A stretch of 64,000 nucleotides of DNA, from assembly GCA_964618265.1 (NCBI GenBank), contig CAZUAE010000014.1, positions 4-64,003 of the forward strand, read 5' to 3'. Under the pieces are notes generated by a model, which made no database searches, was not told the DNA's origin, and saw nothing but the letters and a program-made list of their open reading frames with translations. This DNA is from an uncultured Spirochaetales bacterium (GTDB lineage Bacteria; Spirochaetota; Spirochaetia; CAYLLE01). Positions 10,740-20,006 of the stretch are shown piece by piece (position 1 is the first letter of the stretch; each line of letters starts with the position of its first letter). The position numbers and the translations under genes were made by a program.

Positions 10740-11345
10740 TTAATTATTGCTCCACACCGGATCAACTTTTAAAAGGTTTAGTCCCCGAAGTGACAGTTGA
10801 TGCTTTTTTACAAATTCTACAATTTTTTCCGGATTGATAAAGGCGCGAATGTTTTCTCTTCTAACCCATACCCAATTTTCCGGGGTATTTTTCTTCTTCT
10901 CATCCTTATGAGCGTAATACCAGCCGTTCTTAAGTTCAGTGTCACAAATTTTTTCATCCTGAAAGCTGATCTCATTTTTGTATTCACTGTCTTTAACATA
11001 TCCTGCAAAATCCCACAGATGACTTCTCTGATAATATTCGTAGCGGGTTCTTCTGATGATTATCTCATCAAAGATCCCGGGTATCTCTAAGTCTCGGAAA
11101 AACAGATGACCGATTTTCCCCTCACTTCGTGTGCCGGAATTCGTTACTTCCACACCGTAGTGCCACTCCGTAGGGGGTTCGTTAATTTCAGGCTGAACTT
11201 GCGGACGCGCTCTTTGCGCGGGAGGACTGTCAGGAGCAAGACGCGAAGAATTATCGGGATTAATTTCCGCGGTTTTACAGGAAAAAAATAAAGCAAATAA
11301 AATCATACAGAGGAAAACTTTTCTCATCGGTTCCATATTCATCAT
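10740..11345 (-). CDS. Hypothetical lipoprotein (proline-rich N-terminus)
   Basis: Signal peptide with a lipobox-like FFSC (MRKVFLCMILFALFFSC). No recognisable catalytic domain. Confidence 0.4.
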   Translation of the reverse strand: MMNMEPMRKVFLCMILFALFFSCKTAEINPDNSSRLAPDSPPAQRARPQVQPEINEPPTEWHYGVEVTNSGTRSEGKIGHLFFRDLEIPGIFDEIIIRRTRYEYYQRSHLWDFAGYVKDSEYKNEISFQDEKICDTELKNGWYYAHKDEKKKNTPENWVWVRRENIRAFINPEKIVEFVKKHQLSLRGLNLLKVDPVWSNN

Positions 11346-11360
11346 TATAATGGACTATTG

Positions 11361-12785
11361 TCAAGACACCCCGTATTTCTCTGCGCAATTCTTATCTTCC
11401 CCAAATTTCTTTTGAGCCTCCTTAAGCGTTTGTTTTAAGGCTTTTACTCTTTCAGAATAACCGGGATCATCGTATGCATTCCGCATTTCTAAAGGATCCT
11501 TTTGCAGATCAAAATATTCAAAATAGGATTCGGGAGAAAAATCATAGAAGTAAACTAACTTTTCATCCTTAGTCCGGACACCAAGTTGGGGTTCAAGGCC
11601 GTACCCAAAGGCACTTCCATAGTAATGATAGTAGACTGCATCCCTCCAATCGGCAGGTGTTTTACCCGTTAATAATTTCCGCAGAGATCTTCCATGCATA
11701 TCTTCCGGCAACGGAATCCCGGCGTAGTCGAGAAAAGTCGCGGAAAAATCCAAAGTGGTAACCAAATCTGAATTAACTGTTCCCGCGGAAATTTCTTGAG
11801 GATACCGTACCAAAAGGGGCACGCGCTGTGATTCCTCGTACATCCATACCTTATTATGAAGTCCGTGATCGCCAAGGAAAAATCCGTTATCGGAGGTATA
11901 TACTACTATCGTGTTGTCCTTTAGATCAGTACTATCTACAAAATCGATAAGCCTGCCCACATTTTCATCTAAGGCGGCAACAAGTCTTAAATACCGTTTA
12001 TACAACCGCTGATAGACCCACTTCCTTAAAGGTACCCCTGATAAACGCTCAGGACCGTCTATTTCATCAAATTTCCAACTTTTACACCGTTTTTTTGTTA
12101 CCATATCAAGACGGGAGTGTTCAGTCGTAGAGTTCTGCAGCGCTTTTCTAGTGGCGTAATTATCATCCAGCGTTTCCGGTTCCGGAAGATCCTCTTCGTA
12201 AAATGAGGCGAATTTATCAGGATAGTCATATGGCGCGTGCGGTGCTTTGTGGTGCACTAACAAACAGAAAGGTTTATCAGATTTTCTCTCTTCCATCCAT
12301 CGGACGGCATCATCGGTAATCACATCGGTAAGGTATCCTCTCCGAACTTCTCCTCCGTTAGGGCCGTCCTGCCAGGGCTTTCCCTTTTCCTTCATAACAG
12401 GATCCCAGTATCTCCCCTGCCCCGGCAGCACATTGTAGTAATCAAAACCGGTAGGTTCGGAAACCAGATGCCATTTTCCAATAATTGCCGTTTCGTATCC
12501 TGCCCGCTTAAGGATCTTTGGAAATGTTTCTTGGGAACCGTCAAAGGTATCTCCATTTCGAAAGAAGCCGTTGGCACTGGAGTGTTTTCCCGCGAGTATA
12601 CTTGCCCTGCTGGGTGCGCACACTGAGTTAACATCAAAACAGTTAGAGAAACGTATTCCTTCTTGAGCTAAGCGGTCGATATTGGGAGTACTGTTTATCT
12701 TACTTCCGTAACTGCTGATTGCATGTGCTCCGTGATCATCCGACATAATATAAATAATATTGGGCTGATTGCTTTTCCCATCCAT
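11361..12785 (-). CDS. Cys-type sulfatase (formylglycine-dependent; arylsulfatase / N-acetylglucosamine-6-sulfatase-like), no signal peptide
   Basis: N-terminal IYIMSDDHG metal-binding motif and the C-A-P-S-R sulfatase signature (CAPSRAS). N-terminus has no signal peptide. Confidence 0.8.
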   Translation of the reverse strand: MDGKSNQPNIIYIMSDDHGAHAISSYGSKINSTPNIDRLAQEGIRFSNCFDVNSVCAPSRASILAGKHSSANGFFRNGDTFDGSQETFPKILKRAGYETAIIGKWHLVSEPTGFDYYNVLPGQGRYWDPVMKEKGKPWQDGPNGGEVRRGYLTDVITDDAVRWMEERKSDKPFCLLVHHKAPHAPYDYPDKFASFYEEDLPEPETLDDNYATRKALQNSTTEHSRLDMVTKKRCKSWKFDEIDGPERLSGVPLRKWVYQRLYKRYLRLVAALDENVGRLIDFVDSTDLKDNTIVVYTSDNGFFLGDHGLHNKVWMYEESQRVPLLVRYPQEISAGTVNSDLVTTLDFSATFLDYAGIPLPEDMHGRSLRKLLTGKTPADWRDAVYYHYYGSAFGYGLEPQLGVRTKDEKLVYFYDFSPESYFEYFDLQKDPLEMRNAYDDPGYSERVKALKQTLKEAQKKFGEDKNCAEKYGVS

Positions 12786-12931
12786 CTAATTTTCTCCCCG
12801 AATAATCGTTTATTTTTCAATAATAAAGGAGTAAAAATATACTGTAAACAGCGGACAGCCTCCGGGAATTGCTCTTGACATTAAGATCAAATGACTTTTA
12901 GAGTTTTGTATATTTACCTTGGAGTAACAGA

Positions 12932-14275
12932 ATGGAAAATAGTAAAAACAGCATTAGTAAAAAGATGATTCAAGACTTCGATGATAATTTTAATCAAAAC
13001 AGCAAGTACAGGATTTTAAAAAATGCCCTTACCAAGAATGCCGTAAACGACATCGCGCTAAATAGAGATGTAATATTCAATACCGATCATACGTTTTCTC
13101 ATCACTTAGATGAATGGCCGGTAACAAATCAGAAATCTTCCGGAAGATGCTGGATTTTTGCGGGATTGAATATGCTTCGGCCGGGTTTAATGAAAAAACT
13201 TAATGTAAAAGAGTTCGAATTCAGTCAGAATTACATCCTTTTCCGGGATAAGCTTGAACGAGCTAATTTTTTCTTTGAAAATATCATATATACTTCCGAC
13301 AGAGATATCGATGACAGGAGTGTGGCCCATATTCTTACCAACGCTATTTCAGACGGCGGCCAGTGGGACATGTTAGCGGGAATTATAAAAAAATACGGCC
13401 TAATTCCAAAAAACTTCATGCCGGAAACACACAGCTCCGCTAACACCGGTCAGATGAACAGGATTCTCCTTTTGAAGATGCAAGAAGGTGCCAAAACGCT
13501 CAGAGACCTGGCTGCCCGGAAGGCTTCCAGAAAGAATTTAGACGAAACAAAAACTGAACTGCTAAAGGTCATCTACCGTATCCTTACCATGCATTTGGGG
13601 ACCCCTCCCGAGAAGTTTACCTGGCAATGGATGGATAAGGACCGTAAGTTCCACCGGGATGATGAGATGACTCCCCGGCAGTTTGCAGACAAGTATCTCG
13701 ATACAAGAGTTGAAGATTACATCTGTTTAGTTCACGATCCGAGACCGTACCATCCGCAAATGAAAACTTATACCGTTGAGTTTTTAGGAAATATCGTTGG
13801 CGGAGATGAAGTAAAATACCTTAATGTTCCTATTGAAGTAATGAAAACCACAGCTGCATCCATAATTCAGCAGGGCACCCCCGTATGGTTCGGATGCGAT
13901 GTAGGGAAAATGATGGACCGAAGTCTCGGAGTGTTGGATCCCGAGCTGTTTGAATATCAGGACATATACGATACCACATTCAACATGGACAAAACATCAC
14001 GCCTGGAGTATCACCAAACGGCTATGAATCATGCAATGCTTTTTACGGGCGTTGATCTTCTGGACGGAAAACCTAGAAGATGGCGTATTGAAAACAGCTG
14101 GGGCGATAATCCCGGTAATAAAGGTTTTTTTGTAATGAACGACGCCTGGTTCAACGAACACATGTTCGAAATTGCTGCTCATAAGGAGCACCTGTCCAAA
14201 GAAATGCTCGATGCTTACCAGCAGCCTCCCATTCATCTCCCCGCATGGGATCCCATGGGTTCTCTCGCACAGTGA
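12932..14275 (+). CDS. pepC: Aminopeptidase C / bleomycin hydrolase (C1 family cysteine peptidase)
   Basis: Active-site Cys context QKSSGRCWIFAGLNMLR. Length 447 aa is typical of PepC. SD ggag precedes the ATG. Confidence 0.8.
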   Translation: MENSKNSISKKMIQDFDDNFNQNSKYRILKNALTKNAVNDIALNRDVIFNTDHTFSHHLDEWPVTNQKSSGRCWIFAGLNMLRPGLMKKLNVKEFEFSQNYILFRDKLERANFFFENIIYTSDRDIDDRSVAHILTNAISDGGQWDMLAGIIKKYGLIPKNFMPETHSSANTGQMNRILLLKMQEGAKTLRDLAARKASRKNLDETKTELLKVIYRILTMHLGTPPEKFTWQWMDKDRKFHRDDEMTPRQFADKYLDTRVEDYICLVHDPRPYHPQMKTYTVEFLGNIVGGDEVKYLNVPIEVMKTTAASIIQQGTPVWFGCDVGKMMDRSLGVLDPELFEYQDIYDTTFNMDKTSRLEYHQTAMNHAMLFTGVDLLDGKPRRWRIENSWGDNPGNKGFFVMNDAWFNEHMFEIAAHKEHLSKEMLDAYQQPPIHLPAWDPMGSLAQ

Positions 14276-14376
14276 TTAGCGCTCCGGGATCTGGTTTCGC
14301 ATGCATCAACATGGTTGACAAGTTCTCAAGTTGCTATTACTCTATGGGAAGTACAAAAGTATAGAGAGGCTGAATC

Positions 14377-15003
14377 ATGGAAAAAGTTTATACCCCCCAC
14401 GAGCGTTGGGTTCCGGAAACTTACGATCAAGAGTTTAAAACACCAGGTTATCTCCCTGTATCAGCAGCATTGATAGCCGTAGAAGACCCGGAGACGGGTA
14501 TACCCAATATTATGCCCTTGGTGGCTTGGGGTTTTCTCAACCGGCTTCCGCTGTTATTAGGGGTATCCATATGTGTAAAGGAATACAACAAAAATTATTA
14601 TGTACGGGGTACCTACGAACTTATGCGTAAAGCAATGAATTTTTCACTCAACCTTCCTACCGAAGAACTCCGGGAACAAATAACTGAAACCGGCAGATTA
14701 TCACGTCACAAAGATGCTAAGGTAGACAAGTTCAAGGGGGCTGGATTAACTGCTCTTCCGGGGAATAGGATAAATAGCCCGCATATAAAAGAATGTCCGA
14801 TCAATTACGAGTGTGAAGTACGGGCAATAGTCAATATGGGATCCCACGATCTCTTTCTCGGTGAGGTAGTAGGCTGCTTTACAGACGGCGAAGTAGTCGA
14901 AGTGGTAACCAAAGAAGGAAACGATCACATAAAAATGCTCAAGAAGGACGGCACTTATACGACATTAGAGTGGCGGACACTTCTTAAACGGAGGGATGAA
15001 TAA
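14377..15003 (+). CDS. Flavin reductase-like domain protein (FMN-binding split barrel)
   Basis: Pattern typical of the flavin reductase-like domain (VAWGFLNRLPLLLGVSI ... DKFKGAGL ... ECPINYECEV ... SHDLFLGEVV). Stop overlaps the start of the next gene (TAATG). Confidence 0.55.
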   Translation: MEKVYTPHERWVPETYDQEFKTPGYLPVSAALIAVEDPETGIPNIMPLVAWGFLNRLPLLLGVSICVKEYNKNYYVRGTYELMRKAMNFSLNLPTEELREQITETGRLSRHKDAKVDKFKGAGLTALPGNRINSPHIKECPINYECEVRAIVNMGSHDLFLGEVVGCFTDGEVVEVVTKEGNDHIKMLKKDGTYTTLEWRTLLKRRDE

Positions 15004-16145
15004 TGAGTGCTGGAATTTTTTTGGAAAAAGTACAATGTCAGCTTTTTTATCTGGAGAATCAGTTGGATAACATCGTGAATATAGCTGATAAGGCTTCCGA
15101 ACTGATGATTCAGGGAGGTGAACTTTACGGGACCAGCGATGAAGTTGGCTTCGTAAATGAATTAAACGCCCGTTCAGGCGGCCTCATGAATATCAAACCG
15201 GCGCCGGATCCATCGGAAATAAAAAAAGGAGATGTGATTTTTGCAGCTACACTTGATCTAGACCCAAAGGACCAAGAAAAAAAACTGCAAGGGTTTAGGG
15301 ATGCCGGTGCTTATGTAATTCTGATCGGTTCCAGAGATGCATCTGTCATTGGAACTGCCGATTCTTTTATCGACACCGGCCTTTCTTCCGGTACTGCACC
15401 GATGGTCCCGCAAAACGGTAAGAACATATGTCCCGCCGGGGGTATTTTAAACATAACAGCCCTTTGGCTTCTTACGGCAGAATACGCTGCAGCCTGTACC
15501 CGCAGAGGGAAGATGCACATTTTCTGGCAGAGCGCCTGCCTTCCCGACGGAAAGAAGCGTAACACCAAATATAAGGGCCGGTATTTTCATACTCCGGCTG
15601 AATTCAGCATACCGGCTATTCCGCCGGAAATTTTAGGAAGGAGCTACCTTGATAATCTCCACCGCTGTTTTTCCGGATTATCCAGGTCAGAAATTGATAA
15701 ATTCCGGGAGGCCGGATCCAAGGCTGCAGAAACGATCAAGTGGGGAGGAACGGTATGGTGCGAGGCTATCGGGCATCACATGCCATCCCAGAGGGGTATT
15801 CCGGGAGATCCTGAAATTTTAACGATGGTGTTCCCCGAACAGGGAGAAGGCGGAATAACATTAAAAAACGGCGATCTGTATATTTACAACGGCTACTACA
15901 TTTATCCGGAGGAGAATCTTACAAGGGCACGGGAAGCTGAAATAGATTCGGTATGGATAACCGGGGGGCGGGAAATTCAGAAGATTTCCCCCTTTTCCAA
16001 GGAGATCCACATCGATGCGTATTGGAGATACGCTGATGCAAGTCTCTTTATTCCCAATTACGATGTCAAAATCGTACCTGCTTCCGGTGTGGTGATGACA
16101 ACGACACTTTGGATGATGACAGCGGAAACCGCAGCAAACCTCTAA
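15003..16145 (+). CDS. Tandem SIS-like domain protein (AgaS/GlmS-C-terminal-like sugar-phosphate binding architecture?), function unknown
   Basis: Two internal halves each end with a T.LW..TAE.AA motif. The N-terminal half has a SIS-like GGELYGTSDEVG ... GDVIFAATLD pattern. Translationally coupled to the upstream flavin reductase-like gene. Confidence 0.35.
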   Translation: MSAGIFLEKVQCQLFYLENQLDNIVNIADKASELMIQGGELYGTSDEVGFVNELNARSGGLMNIKPAPDPSEIKKGDVIFAATLDLDPKDQEKKLQGFRDAGAYVILIGSRDASVIGTADSFIDTGLSSGTAPMVPQNGKNICPAGGILNITALWLLTAEYAAACTRRGKMHIFWQSACLPDGKKRNTKYKGRYFHTPAEFSIPAIPPEILGRSYLDNLHRCFSGLSRSEIDKFREAGSKAAETIKWGGTVWCEAIGHHMPSQRGIPGDPEILTMVFPEQGEGGITLKNGDLYIYNGYYIYPEENLTRAREAEIDSVWITGGREIQKISPFSKEIHIDAYWRYADASLFIPNYDVKIVPASGVVMTTTLWMMTAETAANL

Positions 16146-17599
16146 TCAATTCTGCTGCCGTTGAGAAAAAAGAGAGGTACATAATGTACCTCCGGTGAGC
16201 CTTCAGTCAGTATTCTGATGGTTCCACGGTATAGTGCCTTGTATACTCCTCTGGGGGTAATACGGAGGGTACACTTTTTTTCAGCAGGACCAAACCAGGG
16301 AGCCTGGAGATAGAGTGAAAAATCCCCTGCCGGCTGTACATCCCAACCTTCGGGAAACCTACACTGCAGCATGATATTTTTCTGAAACCGTTCTCCGTTG
16401 TGGAAATAGATATCCAGCTGTTTTTCCTTTCCCTCTTGAATATAGGGGCTGCCGTCGTAATCTATAAAAACAGAGAAGAATGGAAACCTGAACTCCGATC
16501 CTTTCATCTTTTTATAGGTAGAGAGGAATTTTTCCCCTCTCGATAAAGCATCCTGAAAATTATGAGGCACAGCATGGTGCAGCTTCTCAATTCTATCGCT
16601 GAGTTCATCAATTGTTACCGGCACAAGGCTTTCCATACCCTCAACCAGGTCTCCTAAATTAAGTGATATGGTGTTTATTCCTCTTCCAATGGATTCCTGC
16701 CATTTTTCGGGGATACCCTCAATTCCGTTCATTATTCCTAAAAGAGCCCCCAGAGTTGCAGCGGTACAGTCGGTATCTTCTCCGCAGTTTACCGCAGTAG
16801 TGATACTTTTTCCGAAATCACCTTCACCGTAGAGCAGACCCAGCACTACTATGGCAACGTTCGAAGGTGCATCGTATCCCAAAGGTCCGGAATCAAACCC
16901 TTTGTTTTTATCTTCTATGGATATCCCATGTTTTGATGCCTGTCCCCTGTGTTTTTCCAAGACTAGATCCCGAGTCTCCTGCCAATCCTTTCCTTCTTTC
17001 CAAGCGCCTATGGTATCATTTACTGCTTCAGCAACACCGGAGTTCTGCGGTATAAAAGATAGTCCTATACGAAGGAGCTCTGCAGTGCTCTGGCACACAA
17101 AGGCTGTACTTTCAAGGACAGCGGTAAATACTTCCGCGTATACACCCTCACCGTCACCATGATCAACTACAGCATCCTGAAATGCGCATAGCGCAGCTTT
17201 TACAGGATTACCGGGAAAAAGACATGCCCATATCTCCGAACGGATGAAAGACCCGCAGCTGTCCTTGTATGGATTATTGATAGTTCCGCAAAGGGGAGGG
17301 GCTAATCCGCTTCTCATATTTACCTTAGCGGTTCCGTATTCAGCCCAGTGGGGCGCTACATAGTACAGCCAGTAATGGGCTAAAAGATGGGCATCAACAT
17401 CCAGACCATGCCGTTCTACAACGATAAGCCAAAGAAGCTGAATGTCCAAATCGTCATTCGGGAGCGGTTCTCCATTCAGGTTCTGGGTATAAAAACTTAC
17501 ATCATTGAGCTGCCGCTTCCATTCGAAGGGAGCACCCAAGGTTCCGCCGATGTTTTTACCCATCCAGCAGCCGTGCAGTTTACCGCGGTATTTGTCCAT
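16142..17599 (-). CDS. ADP-ribosylglycohydrolase-fold protein (DraG/ARH family) with ~140-aa C-terminal extension
   Basis: N-terminal LHGCWMGKNIGGTLGAPFEW (family G..G...GxP.E motif) and C-proximal GEDTDCTAATLGALLG (family GGDTDT motif). Starts 8 nt downstream of the GRE gene stop on the same strand. Confidence 0.7.
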   Translation of the reverse strand: MDKYRGKLHGCWMGKNIGGTLGAPFEWKRQLNDVSFYTQNLNGEPLPNDDLDIQLLWLIVVERHGLDVDAHLLAHYWLYYVAPHWAEYGTAKVNMRSGLAPPLCGTINNPYKDSCGSFIRSEIWACLFPGNPVKAALCAFQDAVVDHGDGEGVYAEVFTAVLESTAFVCQSTAELLRIGLSFIPQNSGVAEAVNDTIGAWKEGKDWQETRDLVLEKHRGQASKHGISIEDKNKGFDSGPLGYDAPSNVAIVVLGLLYGEGDFGKSITTAVNCGEDTDCTAATLGALLGIMNGIEGIPEKWQESIGRGINTISLNLGDLVEGMESLVPVTIDELSDRIEKLHHAVPHNFQDALSRGEKFLSTYKKMKGSEFRFPFFSVFIDYDGSPYIQEGKEKQLDIYFHNGERFQKNIMLQCRFPEGWDVQPAGDFSLYLQAPWFGPAEKKCTLRITPRGVYKALYRGTIRILTEGSPEVHYVPLFFLNGSRID

Positions 17600-17607
17600 T
17601 GTTTCTC

Positions 17608-19851
17608 CTAAAATTGATGCCGTGTGCGTTTTATAATTTCCCGCTGAATCTTTTTATCCAACTGGACAAAATGCACCGAAAATCCTGTGACCCGAATTAC
17701 CAGATGTTCGTATTTCTCCGGACTTTCAACAGCTGCTTCAAGGTCCTCCAAAGAAACCACATTGGCAAAAATATGCTGACCTCCAAACATGAAATGCGTC
17801 TCTGCAAATTCCGCTAAAAAAACATCAGGGGTTTCCAACCGTTTTATTCCGGGATCAAGTTCTAAATGGAGAGGACCTCCCGCATTTCGGCGAAAATCAA
17901 GCTTTGCAACAGAGGATGCTGTTGCGGTTATTCCTGATTTATTACACCCGTGGGACGGATTAGGTCCCTGCGATACCGGGTCATCGGCGCGCCGTCCGTC
18001 CGGTGTTGCACCGACCACAAGGCTGCCGTAAGCGTGTCCTGCCCAGGAGAAAAAAGCGGGCCGATAACAGGTTCCTTTACAGGTTGTATACTCAGAGAGT
18101 ACGCTGCGGAACATATCGGCTGCTTCAACCGCATACCTGTCCGCTTCCGGCTGATCGTTTCCGTATTTAGGCGCCGTAAGCATCAGCATCCTGATATCTT
18201 CATGTCCGCAATAATCTGAGTCCAGAGCCTGCTTTAGCTCCTGCAAAGAAACGCTTTTCTCCCGGAAAATTCTTGCATCTATTGCAGCTAGAGAATCCGC
18301 CACCGTTCCGATCCCGGAAAACTGCACCACCAGGCTGTTATACTTCCCTCCGGCATCGGTAATGTCCCGTCCCGACTCGATGCATCCGTGACACATCAAA
18401 CTGGTAACGGTTTCAGGCCATACAGAAGGAATACGCCTAAGCTGCCAGTCCGTCATCTCCTGAAGCGCTTTGACGGCTTTATGCATTTCCTCTTCCAGTA
18501 AATCCAGCAATTCATCTACAGAATTCAGTCCTTTAACAAAAGCACGGTTCAGTGCATTGGCCAAACATTTCACTCCGCTTACAGCCAATGTATCGTGGGC
18601 ACACCACTCTTTTCCGGGGATGCAATACCAAAAGCAGCCGGAATACGCGACATTCCAGGCATCTTCAAGCTCGACACCGTATGCTGTCTCGCTTTCCGCC
18701 AGTACATCCTGATTTATCAAAGCGGGACTGCCGGTACCATGTCTTAGGAGTACATCACAAGCATAGGTAAAAAAGTTGCGGTCAATATCTTTATGCCACA
18801 TGATACCGAACTCATTAGCTCCGCCTATTTGATCATACGCTTCCAGGAAAAGCCAACTGAGTTCATTTACCGCATCGGCTCCTTCTCTCCTTCTCCCGCC
18901 TAAGGAATAAAAAGTAGGATACTTAAGGTAGAGTTCAATTATTAAATTTTTTGCATCTTCCCGGGATATAGTACCTTTCGAAATATCTTTCCGGTAAAGG
19001 TCTAAAAGGTATTGATCTATCCGGCCGTAACCGTTACCCCCGAGCTGCATCCGTTCCGCCATAATAAAAAACCAGACAAACTGTATCCCCTCTGCAAAAC
19101 TCTTAGGCGCACCGTTCGCTAAATTAAAGCATCGCACAGCAGCGGCTTTATAACGCAGCTGCTGATCTCTGTGAGTTTCTTTCGAAGCAAGCTCCAAAGC
19201 CTTTTCACCGTGTCTCCGGATAAAACGTATGACGGCACCGCATGTCAGTTCTGCTGTTTTTAAATATTCCGCTTCCTTTCCTTTTCCGCCGTTTGATAGA
19301 AAACGCTCCCTTGAGCTGATGATACGGTCCAGGATTCCCGTCCATCCTTCTCTAATGCCGATGGATAAATCCGCGCAGGTGTGAGTCACAGGAAAGCCGA
19401 CGGATCCTGCAGCCATAGCTTTATCAGTTAATTGTTCCAGCTCTCCGTTTTCCGGGAAGATCCGCAGCCTTACATCGGGGAACTCCCAATGTATCTCTCC
19501 GGCAATTTCTTCCCCGGGATAAATTTCAGCGGGACTACCATCCATAAATGCAACAAAGTCCTCAGTAAATTGAGAAAGAGAAAATTTGATCCCCTCCGTG
19601 CTGCTGGGTACTTTCCCCGGAAAGGGTCTTCCGTTTCTTACTACAACGGACTGATCGCCCAGCATAACAAACTTTCCACCTCCGCCGTTTTTCACTGCGC
19701 TCTGCAATCCTTCCCGTCTGCCCACGGCCGGACCAGTGGACGCCTGTCCTATAGCAATATCTTCAGGCACAGAATAAAGAATTCGGGATCGGTTTTTATC
19801 TATTAAAGCCATTCTATTTCTGATGGCTTCTAATCGTTTTTCCATCCGCAT
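17608..19851 (-). CDS. Glycyl radical enzyme (PFL2 / dehydratase-lyase clade), substrate unknown
   Basis: C-terminal glycyl-radical motif VIRVTGFSVHFVQL...REIIKRT. Active-site loop CHGCIESG (thiyl Cys followed by Glu). PALINQD motif. 747 aa. RBS GGGAGAA precedes the ATG. Confidence 0.8.
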   Translation of the reverse strand: MRMEKRLEAIRNRMALIDKNRSRILYSVPEDIAIGQASTGPAVGRREGLQSAVKNGGGGKFVMLGDQSVVVRNGRPFPGKVPSSTEGIKFSLSQFTEDFVAFMDGSPAEIYPGEEIAGEIHWEFPDVRLRIFPENGELEQLTDKAMAAGSVGFPVTHTCADLSIGIREGWTGILDRIISSRERFLSNGGKGKEAEYLKTAELTCGAVIRFIRRHGEKALELASKETHRDQQLRYKAAAVRCFNLANGAPKSFAEGIQFVWFFIMAERMQLGGNGYGRIDQYLLDLYRKDISKGTISREDAKNLIIELYLKYPTFYSLGGRRREGADAVNELSWLFLEAYDQIGGANEFGIMWHKDIDRNFFTYACDVLLRHGTGSPALINQDVLAESETAYGVELEDAWNVAYSGCFWYCIPGKEWCAHDTLAVSGVKCLANALNRAFVKGLNSVDELLDLLEEEMHKAVKALQEMTDWQLRRIPSVWPETVTSLMCHGCIESGRDITDAGGKYNSLVVQFSGIGTVADSLAAIDARIFREKSVSLQELKQALDSDYCGHEDIRMLMLTAPKYGNDQPEADRYAVEAADMFRSVLSEYTTCKGTCYRPAFFSWAGHAYGSLVVGATPDGRRADDPVSQGPNPSHGCNKSGITATASSVAKLDFRRNAGGPLHLELDPGIKRLETPDVFLAEFAETHFMFGGQHIFANVVSLEDLEAAVESPEKYEHLVIRVTGFSVHFVQLDKKIQREIIKRTRHQF

Positions 19852-20006
19852 ATTCTCCCATTTTTATCAACCAAACATGTTGCTATATTATAACATCTAT
19901 TGATTATATATCAAACCTGTTTATAATATATTTCTAAACTAATTGTATTCCAAAATAATCTATGTTGTAATACCAAAACAGTTACATACAATAAAGGAAG
20001 GACACA

